From Lepidodermella squamata (taxonomy: Eukaryota > Animalia > Gastrotricha): a DNA stretch of 64,000 nt. The position numbers and the translations under genes are program-made. The first letter of the stretch is position 1; every line of letters starts with the position of its first letter. Below are positions 58,753 to 64,000 of this stretch, piece after piece. The stretch is taken from the NCBI GenBank assembly GCA_047495785.1, contig JBLDXI010000055.1, positions 930,001 through 994,000 of the forward strand, given 5' to 3'. The notes below the pieces were generated by a model. It was not told the origin of the DNA and ran no database searches. It saw only the letters and a program-made list of their open reading frames with translations.

Positions 58753-59871
58753 TCACTGGTCTTTCGATGATAAATTGTCGATATCCTTCGGTTTGTCCTT
58801 GGGGAAAGTGCATCCCAAGTGCTGAATGCTGATCGAAGACGTTGTGAAAGCGCACTTGATGCACTCTTCAATCGATTTGCCGCGAGATAACTGCGCCAAA
58901 TAGCCGCCAACAAACGCATCACCCGAGCCGTTTCGATCGACGAACCGGTCAGATTCAAGTTTCGGAATCTCGAACGTCTTCACGTCGTCATTGATCGCTA
59001 CAACAACAGGCTGGTCGCTGTGGGTGCATACGACGATTCGTTTCGAGTCAGGCCGCGATTTCGGCAATTTAGCCACAGCTTTTGCGATCGATTTCGTATC
59101 GCCATTAATTCCGAGCGCCTTTCCGAACGCGTCGAATTCCTCGTTATTGCCAAACAGGACGTCGACAAACGGCAATACATCTAGTAGCTTTTGTTTATGA
59201 TCAGTCGCGATGTAGGGCGCGGATAAACACATAGCGAGTCGCTTATCTTGACTGCCTGCAACATGCTTGCCGACTTTGATAGCCGCATCGACGTTTGAAG
59301 GCAAGAAAAATCCCTATTCAAGCGGTTAGGAAAATTGTAAAGATTTTCGTAAAATTGTACCTCAATGTAGATAATTTTAGCCTTCTCCACGTAAGACCAA
59401 TTCTCGGTGAGATGATCGATCGAAAACTTTGACGCTCCACCCAGACTAGCGACTAGCGCCCGGTTCTGGTTGTGATCACCCGAAACCAGCACCAAGCAGC
59501 ACCCGGTTGGGTCGTCAACTGTTTCGTAGACGCCGTTGATACCCGATTGGTGAGCTTTTTCTTGTAGAATACTGCCAACCCGATCACTGCAAATCGCGCC
59601 CAAATAGGTAACAGTTCCAGCTGGTTTCGGCAGCAGCCATTCAATAGTTCGCGCGACGTTCTGGCTTCCGCCGCCTGGCACGTGACCGGAGGCGTGGTAA
59701 CGCTTTTCGAGTTCTTCATGCAATGCGTTGAACTTTTGAACGTCAAGGATGGTGGCGTCATTGACCTTCAGTTGATGCTCGTCGAGAAACGCAGTATCGA
59801 CGAAATAAGTCACGTCTAACAGAGCATTGCCGATGCAAAGCACCTCGCCTGAACCTTTTGATGGATCGCTC
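58753..59871 (-). CDS. ADK: Adenosine kinase (first exon not located)
   Basis: IGNALLD, PGGGSQNVAR, PTGCC, NRALVASLG, YIE|GFFL (intron 59360-59314), DVLFGN, DRNGSGDAFVGG PfkB signature. Confidence 0.88.
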
Positions 59872-60503
59872 CTGAAATGGGATAAAATAGGATGTAGGTA
59901 CAATTTGAAGCTCAATAAAGTTACATTTTTCTTGAAAAATCTTGAAGAATTATCCGAGGATATAAGTCTTAAAAGCTGAAAAAATTGTAACGAAAATAGG
60001 ACAGACTGCGGTCGAGAACCGTAAAAGTATGTGTCTGAATCGAGGTTGTCAGCCAAGCGTGACGAGCGGCCTTATTCAGCGGAATGGATAATGTCTTTTC
60101 AGCGATACAGGCAAACCTCCGCCGTAAATAATCAAAAGATGTTGTGGTTTTTACATCTCAATTGGTAAACTGAAAAATGAGATCGGGATGCTGTATTCAC
60201 TGTCTGCTTCAAAGATAGCCGCACATTTTGACCAGTGCGACGAATGCCTCTCGGTCAGCAGTCAAGTGCAGCCTCAACGACGTGCCAGAGGAGCTTATAA
60301 TAGGCCTAATTAGATCTAATGAGCATTAACCGCTTTTAGGCGACATCGCGTGATCTGCCTCTCGGAGGCCATACATATAGGATCGGCAGTTAAAAAAACA
60401 GGAAAAATGAGGGTTCATCGCGAAAATAACACGACCATTTTTTCTTTATGCCATTTTATTCACAGAATGAAATTGGATTTTGGCGACACATCAGATAAAT
60501 TGT

Positions 60504-61314
60504 TTAAAGAACCTTGACTGGAACGCTGTAGACGTCAACGGGGCGATGCGCCATTGCTTTAGCAGTCGACGGGCTGCTAGCTTCCTCGACAGTGAGCTGA
60601 AACAAATTAGACGCAATTTATTTGAAAAAAATCTATCAGAAAAATTTGTTCATCTACCTTTGGCAGGGCAGCTTCGACGCACAGAAGGCCTTCGTTAGTC
60701 AGGCAAGATTTGAGTTCGACTTTGCTCAGATCCATTTTAAGGTCCTCTGGGAAGTAGACTTTGCGAGAGTACGATCGTTTGATGTAGTGCTCCTTCGAGT
60801 CCTTGATCTCGTGAGCAGCTTCGACATTCAGCGAGCGCTCTTTCGTGTTCAGGGTGACGTTGATCTCCTCTGGCTTGTACGAGCGCAGGTCGAAGTAGCA
60901 GTTGAGCCAGCGGTTGCCCTGATCGTCGAAGCGGACAGGATTCATGAGCGAGTAGTGCTCAAGCAGACTGCCAGGCCGGCTTGGCTGCAGGTTCAGCTCG
61001 GACGAGAAGGAGTGGCGATGGCCGTGGTGAAGCAGCTGGTTCATGTTGTGCTTGGCATTCCACATTTCCCGCTCGATCGGCGAAAGTCCAAGGACAGTTC
61101 CATGGTAATTAGCCAAAGGCATGTTGGTTGGCATTTGCTCGTAAGCCCATGGCGCGACAGTGTCGTAGGCGCGAGGGTTGAAGTGCATCGAATTGTGGGT
61201 GGGCGGCATGGCGGTCTCCCATGGGTGAAACCACGAGCTTGAAGCCGCATGCGGATGGAAATAAGGTGATTTATTCATCGTTTCCTGGTGAAAGGGGCTG
61301 CTGGAGGTGGACAT
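60504..61314 (-). CDS. Small heat-shock protein, copy 3 (2 exons)
   Basis: Alpha-crystallin domain; intron after LPK; last exon LTVEEA..YSVPVKVL*. Confidence 0.88.
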
Positions 61315-61600
61315 TGATGAGCTTCAGATTTTGTTAATTTTCTCGAGTGAAATAAATTGTGCGTCGCGAACAATTTTGAATTCCGCGCGAGCGTGCGTGT
61401 TGCGCAATGAAGCGGAAACGCGTGTAGAAAAAAAGTCGCGCGATTAACAAAACCACGTGCGTCGCATCTTTTCGCACTCGACTTTCCCAACAATTTCCCG
61501 ACAATTTCGATGAATTGGAAATATGAGAGTTGACATATCCAGAAGAAACATATAACATTTATGAAAATTCGCGTTTATTGTAGGTCACGAGGTAGCTTTT

Positions 61601-63493
61601 TCATTGTTGGAATTCGCCAGAAATAAAAATAGGCAATAATAGAAAATAAATCCACGCAGAGCTGAATCGATTAGCTTGGCTGACGTAAACCTCCAAAGCG
61701 ACCACTTCAACTTGTCTGTCAAACAACATATTAACTCGTAAATAAGCCCCGGTGCCAATTTCAGGTCCGTTTGTGTTTGGATAATTCCCTAAATTGACCG
61801 TTAAATGAGCTTCAATCCAAGAATGTCTGCCTTTGACTTCATCGAAAACCACTGTAACATGAGCTTGTATGCCAATATTTTGCAGCATGCTTGTTGGGTA
61901 GGTAAAGTTGGCATATGCCTTGGGCAACTCGGTAACTTCCGAACTCAGCATGCAAATTACTTTGAAAGACTTTACCTCGGAAAACTGGATGTGTATCGAG
62001 CCATTTAATCGCGGGAATGTCGCCGATTTAAACAAGAAACAATCTGTAACGTAACGCAGCGGATCGTCCAAATAGTACTCGACTACGACTGATTCCGCCG
62101 GCGCGATGCATCTAAAAGCCGTGTAAGTCCACTCGCGACCTCGAACGCCGTTTGTATATATCCAGACAACATCTTTTCCCGGGTTCAACAATTCGAGCCA
62201 ATCAAGATCATTTTCCAGCAAAGCTTGCGGATCGTCTTTGTTAACTTCCCTCGTAGATTCTATCTCTGTCTTCAGCGCATCTATCGATTCATATTGATCA
62301 TTTTTGAAAATTTCCCAGATAACTTCGTCCTCTGGCCTTTTCCCATCCGAATCGACGCAGTTGAGCTGAATAGGGACTCGATCAGGAAATGCCAGCCTTC
62401 TTCTGTGGTTCCCGTACGTAACCGCTCCTTCTGCGATAGTTCCAAGCGAGCCACAGCGCCACCATTCCAGTTCTTTAAAATCGATTTCATTCAAAGTGTA
62501 CCGGCAACCATATTCACTAGCTACCCGGTCTTCATTCTCCGTAAGAAACACCGGATAACAGTTGACAGCTCGGCAATTCGTATTATTCAACTCAGCCGAT
62601 ACGTCGAGTGATAGTTCTTTGCTAGGTTTGCGTTCAAACAATTTCTCAGCGACTTGATCGATTTTTTCCTCGAAGAGAATGACCTCGCTGTATTGAAATT
62701 CACCCTGCTTTTCAATGGTAAGTTTGCCGGGCTTGATATCGTAAGGATTATGCATATCTTTCGCCATCAATGGGTAACTCTTACAGTCTGGATCTTTCGG
62801 CGCGAAGACATGCATTTTAACTGAGGCAACCTCTGGGCTTTCGCTCATTGATCGAACCTGTAAATCCGCCTTGCTTGCCAATGTTTCTGCCTCACTTTGG
62901 ACCGACTTCCTTTCAGTCAAAATACTGAACAGCATTATTGTTACAGCGTTTGGTTTGTAAATTGTCCAAGATGCAGGATGTTCATCGTAACCAGTCTTCA
63001 AAGTCTCAGGTGCAACTGTAGTTTGTGGAGTTGTCGTCGTTACGGGGGCCTTTGTTGCTGTCGGAACATCATAACCCAAAGGATCCCTATTCTTCGTCTT
63101 AGCGCAGTTGCCGCCAAAGCGTTGCATAAACGCAGCCGCGCCATCTGCGGCAAATTTCGGCATGAAGTTATCGTTGCTATGGATCTTCCAGTTGATGAAG
63201 CCAGTAAATTTCTCAATGCTTAAGCCGACTTGCTTATTGGTGGATCCCATATTAGGAACGCTAACCGTCAGATTGATTTCAAATGATGCGTCTGAGCCAT
63301 CTTTCGCCGCAAATGCAAATAGAATTGTCGATATCTTGAAATCAGCCTGATCCGGCAGATTTATTTCGAATTTCTTGGTATCATTGGCATCTTTGAACAG
63401 TACATGACCAAGTCCAAGTTGGCGAATTCCATTACTAGTCAGAACCAATTCGAACTGCAGGTAAACAAAAGCAAGAGCAATGACGATTGACAT
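61601..63493 (-). CDS. Uncharacterised secreted or membrane-anchored protein, intronless; paralogue of 18138-19976
   Basis: Signal peptide, Thr-rich stretch, EYGCR/WWRCG/YGNHRRR/FRC/VVEYY, hydrophobic C-terminus (WIYFLLLPIFI). Confidence 0.8.
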   Translation of the reverse strand: MSIVIALAFVYLQFELVLTSNGIRQLGLGHVLFKDANDTKKFEINLPDQADFKISTILFAFAAKDGSDASFEINLTVSVPNMGSTNKQVGLSIEKFTGFINWKIHSNDNFMPKFAADGAAAFMQRFGGNCAKTKNRDPLGYDVPTATKAPVTTTTPQTTVAPETLKTGYDEHPASWTIYKPNAVTIMLFSILTERKSVQSEAETLASKADLQVRSMSESPEVASVKMHVFAPKDPDCKSYPLMAKDMHNPYDIKPGKLTIEKQGEFQYSEVILFEEKIDQVAEKLFERKPSKELSLDVSAELNNTNCRAVNCYPVFLTENEDRVASEYGCRYTLNEIDFKELEWWRCGSLGTIAEGAVTYGNHRRRLAFPDRVPIQLNCVDSDGKRPEDEVIWEIFKNDQYESIDALKTEIESTREVNKDDPQALLENDLDWLELLNPGKDVVWIYTNGVRGREWTYTAFRCIAPAESVVVEYYLDDPLRYVTDCFLFKSATFPRLNGSIHIQFSEVKSFKVICMLSSEVTELPKAYANFTYPTSMLQNIGIQAHVTVVFDEVKGRHSWIEAHLTVNLGNYPNTNGPEIGTGAYLRVNMLFDRQVEVVALEVYVSQANRFSSAWIYFLLLPIFISGEFQQ

Positions 63494-63791
63494 TTCAATT
63501 TGAACGTAAACAAATTCAATATTTTTTTCGTTAAAATTAGCGTATTATATTTGAGGTGGAATTTTTACTACAAGAATTCTTTCAATTTCTGTTTACCCAG
63601 CAATTATCGATTACTGACAATTAAAAGGAGTTGAACACATTTCAGTTATTTTATTTTTTAATAAACATGACCTTGAAAACTCGTGATACAATCCAAAATG
63701 AAGCGAGAAAGTGAGAAAATCAAACGCGAGAAAAAAAAACCAGCTGTTTTGAAATCTCAGGTGCGAAATCTGTTGACGATTCGTATTTTCT

Positions 63792-64000
63792 TCAGACAGT
63801 TTTGACATTAATTGGATAAACTTGAGATGCGCCGCCGGTGGTTGAGACACTTTTACCAGACGATTGAGATCGAACCTCTTCCAAGCTCAGCTTTGATAAA
63901 AAAATTACAGTAAAAGCAATTTATGAAGTTGGTGATTTCTTACAAACCTTTGGCAAAACAGCTTCAACGCAAAGCAATCCTTCATTGGTAAGGCACGACT
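63792..64000 (-). CDS. Small heat-shock protein, copy 4 (3' part only; cut by window edge)
   Basis: Not in the ORF track: SCLTNEGLLCVEAVLPK, GT-AG intron at the same site as copy 3, then LSLEEVRS..YPINVKTV*. Confidence 0.85.

Overview
Gene-dense eukaryotic DNA, most likely from a compact-genome invertebrate animal (GT-AG introns mostly 45-110 bp, MADF, FMO5-like, CBR1-like and p40-like small HSP genes); I cannot name the species. The dominant feature is a ~45-kb interleaved redox/detoxification cluster. It holds 8 NmrA/HSCARG-family genes that look bacterial in sequence but carry spliceosomal introns, 5 glutathionyl-hydroquinone reductase (Xi-class GST) genes plus a fragment, and 3 CBR1-like carbonyl reductases. 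Two flavin monooxygenases and 4 small HSPs lie in or beside it. Promoters of the three unrelated families share a GGTCAAATTT nuclear-receptor-like motif, and several paralogues have active-site changes (GHR Cys>Ser, CBR Tyr>Leu, CBR nonsense codon). Also present: a SAP + 2OG-Fe(II) dioxygenase gene with PIP-box, NLS and SIM motifs; a NEK-like kinase-ankyrin gene; a cNMP-binding gene; adenosine kinase; two paralogous orphan secreted proteins; three tRNA genes; a 5'-truncated RTE LINE with target-site duplication; an RLE-LINE relic; and a gag-only insert flanked by a 55-bp direct repeat at the start of a MADF gene. All family assignments come from motif recognition by eye, not database searches.
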